Below are positions 9,430-17,819 of a stretch of 26,730 nucleotides of DNA, piece by piece. Location of the stretch: IMG/VR virus record IMGVR_UViG_3300032373_000097, positions 1 to 26,730 of that record; one strand, given 5' to 3'. The DNA is from a virus. Its lineage: Duplodnaviria > Caudoviricetes. Positions within the stretch are counted from its first letter, which is position 1. Each line of letters begins with the position of its first letter. Under the pieces are notes generated by a model, which ran no database searches, had not been told where the DNA came from, and was given only the letters and a program-made list of their open reading frames with translations. The position numbers and the translations under genes were made by a program.

Positions 9430-10049
9430 TTGACGCCTCTTGACCGCATCTTAAGCCCTGCACCGCCGCCGCGCGCGCGTCTGTCGCTTGCCGCAACACC
9501 ATCCAGCGCGGTCTGATACATCGCCGCCCAAACGCCCGTTCTCTCATCATCACGCAAATAAGGCGCGGACTGCACGAGCGCGCCGTACAGGTAAACATTA
9601 GGGTGATAGGTCAACAGCCAATTGGTCGTGTTCGCGTCGGAAAGCGCGGTGATTGTGGCGAGGTAAACCAGTTCGGTCGTATAGGTTCCGTCTGGCGTCG
9701 GAAACAGTTCAATCTTGCCATCGGTGAACGTCCAGAACTTTGGCGTTCCGGTTTGATCTTCGGTGTTCTCGCGCATCTGCGCCATTTCGGCGGTGCTTGC
9801 GAATTCGACGCGATGTTCGTTTTTGGTATCAAGACCAAAGCGGATTGGCTCAAGGAAGTCGTCAGGCACATCCATAAATTGCGCAGACGTGGTTGCGTTG
9901 CTGCGCTTTTCCATACGCCAGTGCTTTAGCTTTGGCCCAAAGTCAGCTTCTGCCAGCGTGATGAAATCCGCAATGACCGTGGTCAGGTCGTCGCGGTTGA
10001 GAAAGTCCGCAATGGATGCTTTCAGGTTTGCGTAGGTATCAAGCGCCAT
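9426..10049 (-). CDS. Head-tail adaptor (tail tubular protein A type)
   Basis: 207 aa MALDTYANLKASIADFLNRDDL..IADFITLAEA...NTTNWLLTYHPNVYLYGALVQSAPYL, a recognisable podovirus adaptor family. Confidence 0.8.
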   Translation of the reverse strand: MALDTYANLKASIADFLNRDDLTTVIADFITLAEADFGPKLKHWRMEKRSNATTSAQFMDVPDDFLEPIRFGLDTKNEHRVEFASTAEMAQMRENTEDQTGTPKFWTFTDGKIELFPTPDGTYTTELVYLATITALSDANTTNWLLTYHPNVYLYGALVQSAPYLRDDERTGVWAAMYQTALDGVAASDRRARGGGAGLKMRSRGVK

Positions 10050-10294
10050 TAGTCAGCCTCCGGCAACGTGATATCGGCCCAAGCCTCTGGCTCCGCCTCC
10101 ACCCACTCAAGCCCGTTTTCTTCCCAGGTGATTTCCCACCTGTCAATCCAGCGCCCAAGGCCAACATGGTCACGGCCAAACGCCCCGCCGTTGCCTTCGG
10201 TGTACGCCTCGCGCTCAAGCAGCAAAATGGGCCGATCTTTGGGCGCTGTCGTCATCTTGCGCCAGACTGTCTTGCTTGCTGGTCTGCCCATCAT
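10049..10294 (-). CDS. DUF551-like small protein
   Basis: Likely start ATG 10294 overlapping the terL stop. WRKMTTAPKDRPILL...EPEAWADITLP resembles the DUF551 pattern WxxxxTAPKD...PTHW. Confidence 0.55.
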   Translation of the reverse strand: MMGRPASKTVWRKMTTAPKDRPILLLEREAYTEGNGGAFGRDHVGLGRWIDRWEITWEENGLEWVEAEPEAWADITLPEAD

Positions 10295-11601
10295 GCGTAT
10301 CCTTTGAAGTTGCGCCTGATCGGTTTGCCCCAACTGCTTTCGTCAACCCGGTTCAGGAAGTCCACGCACATGCCGCCGAATGCGTCCGCGCCGTGGCTTG
10401 CCCAATCATGTTCCGGGCCAAGGCCAATCCGCCGGTCTTCGTCGCGCCGTTCGTGATACCATGCCAGCGCCTCGCGCCCGCCTTCTGTGCCATCACGGTT
10501 AAACCTGATAGACGGGAACACCCGCCGCGCCGCCTCAATTCGTTGTATCGCCGCGCCTGCGCCAAGGTTCGGCATCACTTCAACCTTAAACCCGGCTTCC
10601 CGCAGATAGCTTTGCGGCGTCACCTTGTGAACCGTGTCGTGCTTCTTGCCGTCATGCGGCAGCTTGCAGATTGCCTCGTCATGCCCATTGCGCCGAAGCC
10701 AGCCAACGTGTTCGCTGAACTCTTGGCCAATGGCTTCGTAATAATCGACGACGCGCAGTTCTGATCCGACGAATTGACAAATCCATATCGCTGTTGCGTC
10801 GCTCTTGTTACTGGTGCCGCCGATATCCCAATAAGCGCGTTTGCTTAGAAGCGGATCAACCGCAACGTTGCCGACGCGCCCTTCACGCTCTGCTGCCTCC
10901 AAGTGGCTGGCGTAATATGCGCCCTCATAAACGCGGGCGTATTCACCTTCCCAGATGTGGCCGTATCTGTCTGGATCGTTTTTCAGCGCGTCCTGGCGCT
11001 CTTGCTCCAGTTCCTTTGGAAACCAAGGATTATCTTTCCAATTGCATTGGACGACCGTTGCGTCGGAAGGCACAAGCGGCCCGCGTAGCATTTTATCAAC
11101 CGGATCTTTGGGATTGCGCGGGTTCCATGAGAACCACAACTCAGATCCCGGCGTTCGGATTGTCGGGCGCAGCAATTCAAGCGACTTGGCCGATAGTGCT
11201 TGCGCTTCCTCTACCCATGCCCGGTGAAAACCCTCCAGCGATTTGATGCTTTCCGCCGTGTGGTCCTTCATGCCCTGGAAGATGATGATGCCGTCACCCG
11301 GCGTTTCGATCACGTCCTTGAAGACCTTGAAGCCTTGCGCCTCACCTAGTCCGAACTTGCGTAGCTTCGCTTCAATCAGGTGCTTAGCGCTTTCCTTGAG
11401 GCTTTTCTGCACCTCACGGATGCAAGCCATCCGCATCCCTTCGCCAAAGTCACCGGGATATCTTAGCGCGTCTTCCGCGCCCATTTCCCCGAAGAAATGC
11501 GACTTTCCCGAGCCTCGACCACCGTGCGCGCCTTTGTATCGTGCTGGCTCAAGCAACGGCGCAAGTGCAGACGGTGTTTCAATTATCAGTTGGGCTGACA
11601 A
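10291..11601 (-). CDS. terL: Terminase large subunit (PBSX-type)
   Basis: Walker A GGRGSGKS, Walker B AWVEEA, coupling motif SWNP, and nuclease motifs WDIG and SHGADAF. Confidence 0.96.
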   Translation of the reverse strand: MSAQLIIETPSALAPLLEPARYKGAHGGRGSGKSHFFGEMGAEDALRYPGDFGEGMRMACIREVQKSLKESAKHLIEAKLRKFGLGEAQGFKVFKDVIETPGDGIIIFQGMKDHTAESIKSLEGFHRAWVEEAQALSAKSLELLRPTIRTPGSELWFSWNPRNPKDPVDKMLRGPLVPSDATVVQCNWKDNPWFPKELEQERQDALKNDPDRYGHIWEGEYARVYEGAYYASHLEAAEREGRVGNVAVDPLLSKRAYWDIGGTSNKSDATAIWICQFVGSELRVVDYYEAIGQEFSEHVGWLRRNGHDEAICKLPHDGKKHDTVHKVTPQSYLREAGFKVEVMPNLGAGAAIQRIEAARRVFPSIRFNRDGTEGGREALAWYHERRDEDRRIGLGPEHDWASHGADAFGGMCVDFLNRVDESSWGKPIRRNFKGYA

Positions 11602-11986
11602 TGCGTCGCTCGATTTTAGTGAATGCTATTTCACCGGAATGTTTGTTGTCGGTCTTTTCGACCATGAGGCCATGCAGCTTGGCCTTGCCTAGCGTCGCTG
11701 CGTTCATTGCTGCCGGTTGATCCAATTGGGCCGCGATGCTGCGGTTTTCATCAAGTTCAGCGGTGATGCTTTCGAGCGTTACTAATAGGCGTTCGCGCGC
11801 TTGATCTTGGATTTCCACTATCCGTGCCGCGACCTTGCCGTTTTGCAACACTTCGATTGCCTTGCGCCAAATGGTTTCAGGTTTGGTGTCTTCGCCCACG
11901 TCATACGCCCTGCGATACGCTTCTGATGCGTTGCTTGTTTCCAGGTATTCCCTGACGAATGCTTCTTGCTTGGGCGTTAGGTTCAT
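11579..11986 (-). CDS. terS: Terminase small subunit
   Basis: MNLTPKQEAFVREYLETSNASEAYRRAY N-terminal HTH motif, immediately upstream of terL. Confidence 0.93.
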   Translation of the reverse strand: MNLTPKQEAFVREYLETSNASEAYRRAYDVGEDTKPETIWRKAIEVLQNGKVAARIVEIQDQARERLLVTLESITAELDENRSIAAQLDQPAAMNAATLGKAKLHGLMVEKTDNKHSGEIAFTKIERRIVSPTDN

Positions 11987-12129
11987 AGCTTTCGCGCCTG
12001 TCCGGGTTTACGGGTGCAGGCCCTTTGTGCTGTTGTGTGAATAGCAAAGCACACGCCCTTTCCTCGGTTCCGTTTCCGGGGGCGCGTGGCTGTGACTGAC
12101 CGGCGTTAGCCTGGTGCAATCTTTGCGTG

Positions 12130-12157
12130 ATGATACCACATTTTGCGCACGGTTCAA
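12130..12157 (-). promoter_or_regulatory. Putative late promoter (pR'-like)
   Basis: Minus strand TTGAAC-N16-TATCAT with an extended -10 TG, just downstream of the NusG-like gene and about 140 nt before terS. Confidence 0.6.
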
Positions 12158-12164
12158 GTGGTGG

Positions 12165-12725
12165 TTACTCAGCGGCGCGAACGTCCAGCACGTCCACTGT
12201 TCCCCTGACCATCTGGCCTAGCATGTCTGTTTCCCATTCGATTTGCGGCACGGTTGGATTGCCTGCCATGACGATGCGGCGGAATTTGACGAGGCGTTCG
12301 GCAAATGGCCCAGCGAGGATTTCCAGCGCATCGCCGGGGTTGAATTGAACCATTGCCGCGCGGTCGTTTGCGGCAATGATCCGGTTTGCGTCTGCGTTCT
12401 CTGCTTCAACGCGGCGCTGAAACGCGCGCACAGTGGCAAAACTACCCGCTGATAGGTGCAGGGTCGTCGAGAATGCCCCTCGCGCCTGTATGGCCGCGTG
12501 AAACGCCTGTGCCGGTATGTCTGCAAAGACGTACCCGGGCAGGTATGGTTCAATGACGGGTTCCGGGTGCCGTTTTTTGCCCCGGCGTTGGAATGTGATT
12601 TTGCGTGGCGTCCATGCGTCAATGCCCATGTCCTGCAATTGCCGTTCAACTGCGAACTCGCCCCGGAGTTTTTCGCCGCCTTGCAAGCGAACGTGCCCGG
12701 TCGTTGTGGTCAGGATGGTGTTCAC
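12165..12725 (-). CDS. NusG/RfaH-family transcription antiterminator (late regulator)
   Basis: NGN motif GIDAWTP...PYLPGYVF and KOW motif FNPGDALEILAGPFA. Likely GTG start at 12725 (GTGA overlap). Occupies the lambda Q position. Confidence 0.85.
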   Translation of the reverse strand: MNTILTTTTGHVRLQGGEKLRGEFAVERQLQDMGIDAWTPRKITFQRRGKKRHPEPVIEPYLPGYVFADIPAQAFHAAIQARGAFSTTLHLSAGSFATVRAFQRRVEAENADANRIIAANDRAAMVQFNPGDALEILAGPFAERLVKFRRIVMAGNPTVPQIEWETDMLGQMVRGTVDVLDVRAAE

Positions 12726-13012
12726 CAGACTTGCCCCCTCAGTTCCAGATCCGCCATTGCCCTTGTGCCTGCGTCGTCTTCTGCGTCTGTCAGCAGCGGG
12801 CGGGCTGCGGCGCGTAGGGCTATGGTTTCGTCGACCAGCCGCGCGTTGGCCCTTTCCAGCGCGGCTACGTCCTGTTCCAGCTGCACGACCTTGGACAGCG
12901 CGGCATTCTCGCGTTTGTCCTGCTTGTGGCGTCCTGCCTCCATGCGGGCGATTTTGGCGCGCTGGCTGTCGATCACCGCTTGCATCCGGTCGATGGTGTC
13001 GCGGGCGCTCAT
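12722..13012 (-). CDS. Coiled-coil hypothetical protein
   Basis: 96 aa from ATG 13012 (ATGA overlap, GGAGG SD), heptad-rich. Confidence 0.7.
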   Translation of the reverse strand: MSARDTIDRMQAVIDSQRAKIARMEAGRHKQDKRENAALSKVVQLEQDVAALERANARLVDETIALRAAARPLLTDAEDDAGTRAMADLELRGQVW

Positions 13013-13629
13013 TCCCCGCCCTCCTTGCGCTTCCACAGGTGCGTTCCCCGGCCCTTGGCCCCCGGCGTCCATTCCCGCGCGACTTTGCCTTGTTCGAACC
13101 ACTCGCCAAGCATGAACGACACGCGCTGCGGTGATAGCCCGGAGAATTTTGCCAGATCCCCGATTGTGCGCGGTTCGGACAGGTGCGCCAGCATAGCGGC
13201 GTCGCGTTCCTGCCGATCTGCTGATTTTGCGTTGCGGCGATAGTAGGTCAGGTTTTTCTTGCCGCTGGCTTCCCGCACGATGCGGCGATCCACTTCGCGG
13301 GCCGTGACCAGCCGATCTAGGGCATTGTGGGCGCGGTTGTATTCAAACCCGGTTGCGTCACGGACGTTTATGACTGTTTTCCATTCGGTTTTGCTGAGAA
13401 CGGCAAGCACCTGCTCGTTGATGCTTTCACCGGGTTTGGCGCTGCCGATCTTGCGGCCCGTGTGCGGGTGTGTTTTTTCCACCCTATCGTAGTATGCCTT
13501 GGCGTCGTCTGGCCAGTATTTTGCAAGTATGTCCTCGCTCATGACCTGGCGGGGCTGTTTCGTGCGAATGACCGTCGCGGCGTATGTCGGGATATTGCGG
13601 GCAGATGGTGTGATTTGGCTGTTGAGCAT
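13009..13629 (-). CDS. Hypothetical protein with two putative winged-HTH domains
   Basis: QVLAVLSKTEWKTVINVRDATG...AHNALDRLV and MLAHLSEPRTIGDLAKFSGLSPQRVSFMLGEW. TGATG-coupled to ssb. Confidence 0.6.
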   Translation of the reverse strand: MLNSQITPSARNIPTYAATVIRTKQPRQVMSEDILAKYWPDDAKAYYDRVEKTHPHTGRKIGSAKPGESINEQVLAVLSKTEWKTVINVRDATGFEYNRAHNALDRLVTAREVDRRIVREASGKKNLTYYRRNAKSADRQERDAAMLAHLSEPRTIGDLAKFSGLSPQRVSFMLGEWFEQGKVAREWTPGAKGRGTHLWKRKEGGE

Positions 13630-14114
13630 CAGACGCGGGCCTCCTTGTTAAAAGGAATTTCCGAGTCATCCATGCCGCCGCCCATAGGCGAACCGCCCGC
13701 GCCATACCCGCCTTGGGGTTGCCCGCCTTGGCCGCGCTGGTCATATCCGCCGCTGTCACCGCTAGGCCCGTCCAGCATCACCAACTTCGCGTCAAACCCC
13801 TGCAAAACGATTTCCGTGCTGTAGCGGTCAGCCCCAGATTGATCCTGCCATTTCCGGGTTTGCAGCTGGCCTTCCAGATAGACCTTGCTGCCCTTGCGCA
13901 AATACTGTTCCGCGACCCGTACCAGACCCTCCTGGAAGATGGCAACGCTGTGCCATTCGGTGCGCTCCTTGCGTTCGCCGCTGGTCTTGTCCTTCCATGT
14001 TTCGGAAGTGGCGATGCGCAGGTTGCACACCTTGCCGCCGTTCTGAAATGTCCTGACTTCCGGGTCGCGCCCGAGATTGCCTAGAAGAATTACCTTGTTT
14101 ACCGATCCGGCCAT
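13629..14114 (-). CDS. ssb: Single-stranded DNA-binding protein
   Basis: [21 protein letters not shown]-fold, Gly-rich linker and acidic DDSEIPF tip. Confidence 0.97.
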   Translation of the reverse strand: MAGSVNKVILLGNLGRDPEVRTFQNGGKVCNLRIATSETWKDKTSGERKERTEWHSVAIFQEGLVRVAEQYLRKGSKVYLEGQLQTRKWQDQSGADRYSTEIVLQGFDAKLVMLDGPSGDSGGYDQRGQGGQPQGGYGAGGSPMGGGMDDSEIPFNKEARV

Positions 14115-14128
14115 GTCAGCCTCCTTCG

Positions 14129-14878
14129 CTATTTGACGACTGCGAACGGGAGTTCATAACCGCCGTCGCCGTGCATGATTGTTTTGGGCTTGCCGCCCCG
14201 TTGCTGTTGGTGGTTTTGCTTCGGAGGCTCGATATCGTCCTGCCAGCCTGACTGGTTGAGCCAAGTCGTCGGGTCTTTTGCATAGCCATCCAAAACCTGG
14301 CGATCACCGCGATACCTTTTCGCGCCCGCGATTATCTCTTGCTGAGAAGTCCCAGCCTTGACGGCTTTCCCAAAGGATGCCTTCGCCTTTGCCCTGCCCT
14401 TCTTGGCCCCGTTCCGGTGCGGATAGACCGACCAAAATTCATCGAACAAATCTTCGCGCGCTAGAGATACGTTAGTATCTCTTTCTGGGTATGGTTCTGG
14501 TTGCTTTAGCGTTCGCTTAGCGTTCGCTAGACCTGCATTATTATTTTTCAATGCCTTAGCCCGCCCCCCGCGCGCGCCGTTTTGCGCGTTAACTGCGCGT
14601 TTCGCGTCAACCTTTTGCAGTTCTCGCATCAATCTCTTGTTCGAGATCGTGCCGTTTTCGATCACAAAAAACCTCTCGATCGCCCCCCAAATCCGGGGCC
14701 AATCACGCCCGCACCTAGCGACTCTTTTCAGCTTGGAAATGTCTTCTGGAAGGGTGCCGCCGCGCTGCCAAAGGGCCATCAGCAAGAGCATGTAAGCGCC
14801 GATTTCCTTGGCGTCCAAATCGAGCGTATCGCCAAGGAAATCGGACACCCAAAGGGGCATAAACGGTGTGCCGCTCAT
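14129..14878 (-). CDS. Phage replication initiator (DUF1376/YdaU-type)
   Basis: [27 protein letters not shown]-domain, C-terminal FDEFWSVYP...[12 protein letters not shown], and internal iterons. Confidence 0.85.
   Translation of the reverse strand: MSGTPFMPLWVSDFLGDTLDLDAKEIGAYMLLLMALWQRGGTLPEDISKLKRVARCGRDWPRIWGAIERFFVIENGTISNKRLMRELQKVDAKRAVNAQNGARGGRAKALKNNNAGLANAKRTLKQPEPYPERDTNVSLAREDLFDEFWSVYPHRNGAKKGRAKAKASFGKAVKAGTSQQEIIAGAKRYRGDRQVLDGYAKDPTTWLNQSGWQDDIEPPKQNHQQQRGGKPKTIMHGDGGYELPFAVVK
14463..14552. repeat. Putative replication origin: palindrome, iterons and AT-rich tract inside the initiator gene
   Basis: AGAGATAC-GTTA-GTATCTCT (14463-14482), TTAGCGTTCGC x2 in tandem (14506-14527) and the AT-rich tract ATTATTATTTTTCAAT (14537-14552). 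Lambda-type ori-in-O arrangement. Confidence 0.6.
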
Positions 14879-16251
14879 TGGTTCACCTCCCACGTGAGGT
14901 TGAACGCCGGGTTGAAGCCCACGTTGATGGTGCCCGTTTCACCCATCCGCTGCTTGGCAACGATCAGATCAAGCCGGTTCATCACCCGCTTCATCCGGGC
15001 TTCCCATTCGTCGTATTCGACGCCCTCTTTGTCGGGTTCTTCCCGCTGCGCATAGTATTCGTCGCGGTAGCAAAACAGGATCACATCGGCGTCTTGTTCG
15101 ATCTGCCCGCTTTCCCGCAGGTCGGACATGACCGGGCGCTTGTCCTCTCGGCTTTCAACGCCGCGCGAAAGCTGAGACAGGGCGACAATCGGAATCTCCA
15201 ACTGCATCGCCAGACCTTTCAGGGCCATGCTGATCTCGCTGATTTGGTCTAGCCGGGATTGCTTGTTCGAGCGGATCAATTGCAGGTAATCGACCACCAG
15301 CATTTTCAGACCGTTGCCGCGCCCGTCCATGATCTTCTTGGCCCGCTTTGCGGCTGCATATAGCGCACCAATGTCCCGAACGTGCGGCGGGATAATCATG
15401 ATCGGCAGTTCGGCCACGTCCTGTGCGCAGCGGATGAAGTTCTCGACCTGCTGGCCTGTTGCCAGTCCCTTGCGAATATCGGAATAGGCCACGCCGCGAC
15501 CGGCGTTCGCTGTGGCCTCAGAAATGGCCCGTGCAGCCAATGAAGCCCCGGTCATCTCCATAGACGCGATAGCAACGCCACCGCCCGTCCTGGCCTGCCC
15601 CAGAGCCATAGACAGCGCCACGGCGGTCTTGCCCATGGACGGACGCCCGCCAAGAATGACCAGATCGCCGGGGAACAGCCCGCCAATCATCCTGTCCAGG
15701 CTTGGAATGCCCGTTGACGCGCCTGCGATGCCGTCCGAACTGTGCGCGCGGCTTGCTTCCTCGGCAGCATCCAGAACAGCGGCCTTGAATGAGATAAGGC
15801 TTTCCCGTCCGGTGCTTTCCCGGCCTATCAGATCGGCCTCAATCGCCCCGGCGATAGCGTCCGCATCGGCTTCGCCAGCCTCGATCAAAGCGCGCGCGCG
15901 GTCCATGCTTTCGACCAGATCGCGCTTGCCTTTCAGATCCGCCAGCATCGCCACATAGTCGGGCAGCGCAGACGTTGCGACCGCAGACAAGGCAAGGTTG
16001 ATGATGTATTTTCGCCCGCCAAGTTCCTTTAGGCCCTCGTGGCCTTCCATAGACTTTGAAACTGCAACAGCGTCGGCAAGGTGCCCGTTCCTGTAGCGAG
16101 AGGCTACCGCTTTGAAAATGTCGGCGTGAACCGGGTCGTGGAACATGTCCCCACGCAGGTTGTGCGCCACCCGGTCAAGGTTCGTCGGGTTCGCAAGCAA
16201 CGCGCCAAGTGTCTGCTGTTCACACTCTGCACTAAACGGGGGCTTGGTCAT
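14875..16251 (-). CDS. dnaB: DnaB-type replicative helicase
   Basis: GGRPSMGKT, VVDYLQL, LSQLSRGVESREDKRP and SDLRESGQIEQDADVI motifs. Confidence 0.96.
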   Translation of the reverse strand: MTKPPFSAECEQQTLGALLANPTNLDRVAHNLRGDMFHDPVHADIFKAVASRYRNGHLADAVAVSKSMEGHEGLKELGGRKYIINLALSAVATSALPDYVAMLADLKGKRDLVESMDRARALIEAGEADADAIAGAIEADLIGRESTGRESLISFKAAVLDAAEEASRAHSSDGIAGASTGIPSLDRMIGGLFPGDLVILGGRPSMGKTAVALSMALGQARTGGGVAIASMEMTGASLAARAISEATANAGRGVAYSDIRKGLATGQQVENFIRCAQDVAELPIMIIPPHVRDIGALYAAAKRAKKIMDGRGNGLKMLVVDYLQLIRSNKQSRLDQISEISMALKGLAMQLEIPIVALSQLSRGVESREDKRPVMSDLRESGQIEQDADVILFCYRDEYYAQREEPDKEGVEYDEWEARMKRVMNRLDLIVAKQRMGETGTINVGFNPAFNLTWEVNQ

Positions 16252-16393
16252 CTTCCCCCCGCTCGTCAGTCAATTTGCCTGTGATGCGCTCAATATCTTC
16301 CGCCACCAGCGCCCCGATAGGCTGCCAAGTGTCGGGCTTATCTTCTTTGTTGATTTTGTCGGCGGAATCGCCATATTCATCCCAACGGGACAT
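16232..16393 (-). CDS. Small hypothetical protein (53 aa; not in track)
   Basis: AGGAGG SD 6 nt before ATG 16393. MSRWDEYGDSADKINKEDKPDTWQPIGALVAEDIERITGK... overlaps the dnaB start. Confidence 0.6.
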   Translation of the reverse strand: MSRWDEYGDSADKINKEDKPDTWQPIGALVAEDIERITGKLTDERGEDDQAPV

Positions 16394-16504
16394 GTCGCGG
16401 CCTCCTATTCAGGTCGGTATGTTCAAGGGCCGTTGCGGTGTTGGAAGCACCCTTCGGCCCGTCTCTTTTTATCGCACAAAACGCTATGAAAACAAAGGCT
16501 TTTA

Positions 16505-16822
16505 TCATGGCGTCAGCGTTCCAAAATGCTCGAAAACTGCCCACTGTGTTCGCCGGATAGCGTCATACAGTTCGCGGTCCTCAAGTAGATGTTCTTGCGC
16601 GTGACAGCCGCTGCACCCGTGATAGCCCCAGAAGTCGTGCGGCTTTTGAGACATGCCAGCCGTTGACCGTCTGCGTGAGTGGCACAGAACAACCGTCTCG
16701 CTGTTTCCGTTGCACCATTCGCTGCGCATCTGGCATTCCCGGCCTTGCGCGAAGTCGCGCAGCACCTTGGAAACGAACATGTCAGTTTTCAGCCCCGGCG
16801 GGCCTTTACCCATCAGGTTCAT
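16505..16822 (-). CDS. DUF1364/YbcO-like Zn-binding putative nuclease
   Basis: LRDFAQGRECQMR...CNGNSETVVLCH...GMSQKPHD...GCSGCH. ATGA-coupled to the ninB-like gene. Confidence 0.8.
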   Translation of the reverse strand: MNLMGKGPPGLKTDMFVSKVLRDFAQGRECQMRSEWCNGNSETVVLCHSRRRSTAGMSQKPHDFWGYHGCSGCHAQEHLLEDRELYDAIRRTQWAVFEHFGTLTP

Positions 16823-17205
16823 GCTGGCACCCCGTCTGACCACTTCACGCCTTGCTGCGTTCCCCAAGCGTCGATGAAGTCAATCAGTTCCCCCATCTGT
16901 TCCTTGGTCAGCTTTGACGACCGGAACCCGGCGGGAAACGGTTCGCCACTCAGCCCCGGCATGAAATGAACCTCATGGCCGCAGGCGTTCATAAAAAGCT
17001 GTTTCCACTGGTCCGGCGTCCAGCGCCGCCCGTTGTGTTCAACCTGCTGCGCTACGTCCGTCAGCATGGCCCACATGCGGTCATTCTGCGGGATGGTGCG
17101 CCCCGGCTTGCGAAACGTGACAACCGTTCCAGCCGGGGCTATCTTGCACCAGTGCGCGGCGCGGGCCTTTGCATCTGCCGATGTTATGACGACAGTGGCA
17201 GGCAT
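16819..17205 (-). CDS. ninB: NinB/YbcN-like recombination accessory protein
   Basis: RTIPQNDRMWAMLTDVAQQV..WTPDQWK...GFRSSKLTKEQMGELIDFIDAWG. Confidence 0.85.
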   Translation of the reverse strand: MPATVVITSADAKARAAHWCKIAPAGTVVTFRKPGRTIPQNDRMWAMLTDVAQQVEHNGRRWTPDQWKQLFMNACGHEVHFMPGLSGEPFPAGFRSSKLTKEQMGELIDFIDAWGTQQGVKWSDGVPA

Positions 17206-17819
17206 TATGCGGCCTCTGGATACTTCGCCAGCAGATCGGCAGTCAGCCGGTCCACTTCGGCAAGGAATGACGTGACAGCCGCCGTGATTTCCGCCTGTTC
17301 CTCCGCGTCGGCATCAACGCGCTGCCGGAACATCTGCATTTCCATCGGCAAGGACGGGCAGAACGAAACAAAGTCGCACCATTCCCGGCCCGTGCAAACC
17401 ATCTGCCATTGCATTTGCAGGCGATACTTACGGTCGATACCCGCCCCGGTCAGCGTCTTGATATGCGTCGCTGGCTGCGGGCATTTGATCTCCACAAGCC
17501 CAACATCCCCGACTAGCCCGTCAGGCGATGCACCGGCCATTGCAAGCGCCGGGTGGGGCACAAAACCAACCTCTGCAACCGTCACGCCCATTTCCAACTC
17601 ATAGAAGGCCCTGGCGCGCGGTTCGGTATCCGTGCCGTGTTGCATCGCGGCGCTGGTGAAGCCTTCCGTTGCCTCGCCTGTCAGCCGCTCACAAACAAGC
17701 TGCGCGCGGTAATTCTGATAACCCGCTGTCGTGGGCTTCATCATCACGTCAGCAATGCGGCTGGCGGTGACGCGGCCTAGCCGCGCCTCAAACCATTCTT
17801 CTGTGCGCTGATCCATCAC
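17205..17819 (-). CDS. Lambda-exonuclease / YqaJ-family exonuclease
   Basis: QRTEEWFEARLGRVTAS, GASPDGLV, VEIKCP and QMQWQM motifs. Confidence 0.93.
   Translation of the reverse strand: MMDQRTEEWFEARLGRVTASRIADVMMKPTTAGYQNYRAQLVCERLTGEATEGFTSAAMQHGTDTEPRARAFYELEMGVTVAEVGFVPHPALAMAGASPDGLVGDVGLVEIKCPQPATHIKTLTGAGIDRKYRLQMQWQMVCTGREWCDFVSFCPSLPMEMQMFRQRVDADAEEQAEITAAVTSFLAEVDRLTADLLAKYPEAA

Noticed and set aside
12726-13109. Arg-rich N-terminal extension of the NusG-like ORF in the track
   Set aside because: It overlaps two better-supported genes in other frames. The GTG at 12725 gives normal coupling and size.
16421-16435. Possible alphaproteobacterial LexA box GTTC-N7-GTTG
   Set aside because: It has a mismatch, lies within a hairpin stem and does not overlap a clear promoter, so it is probably chance.
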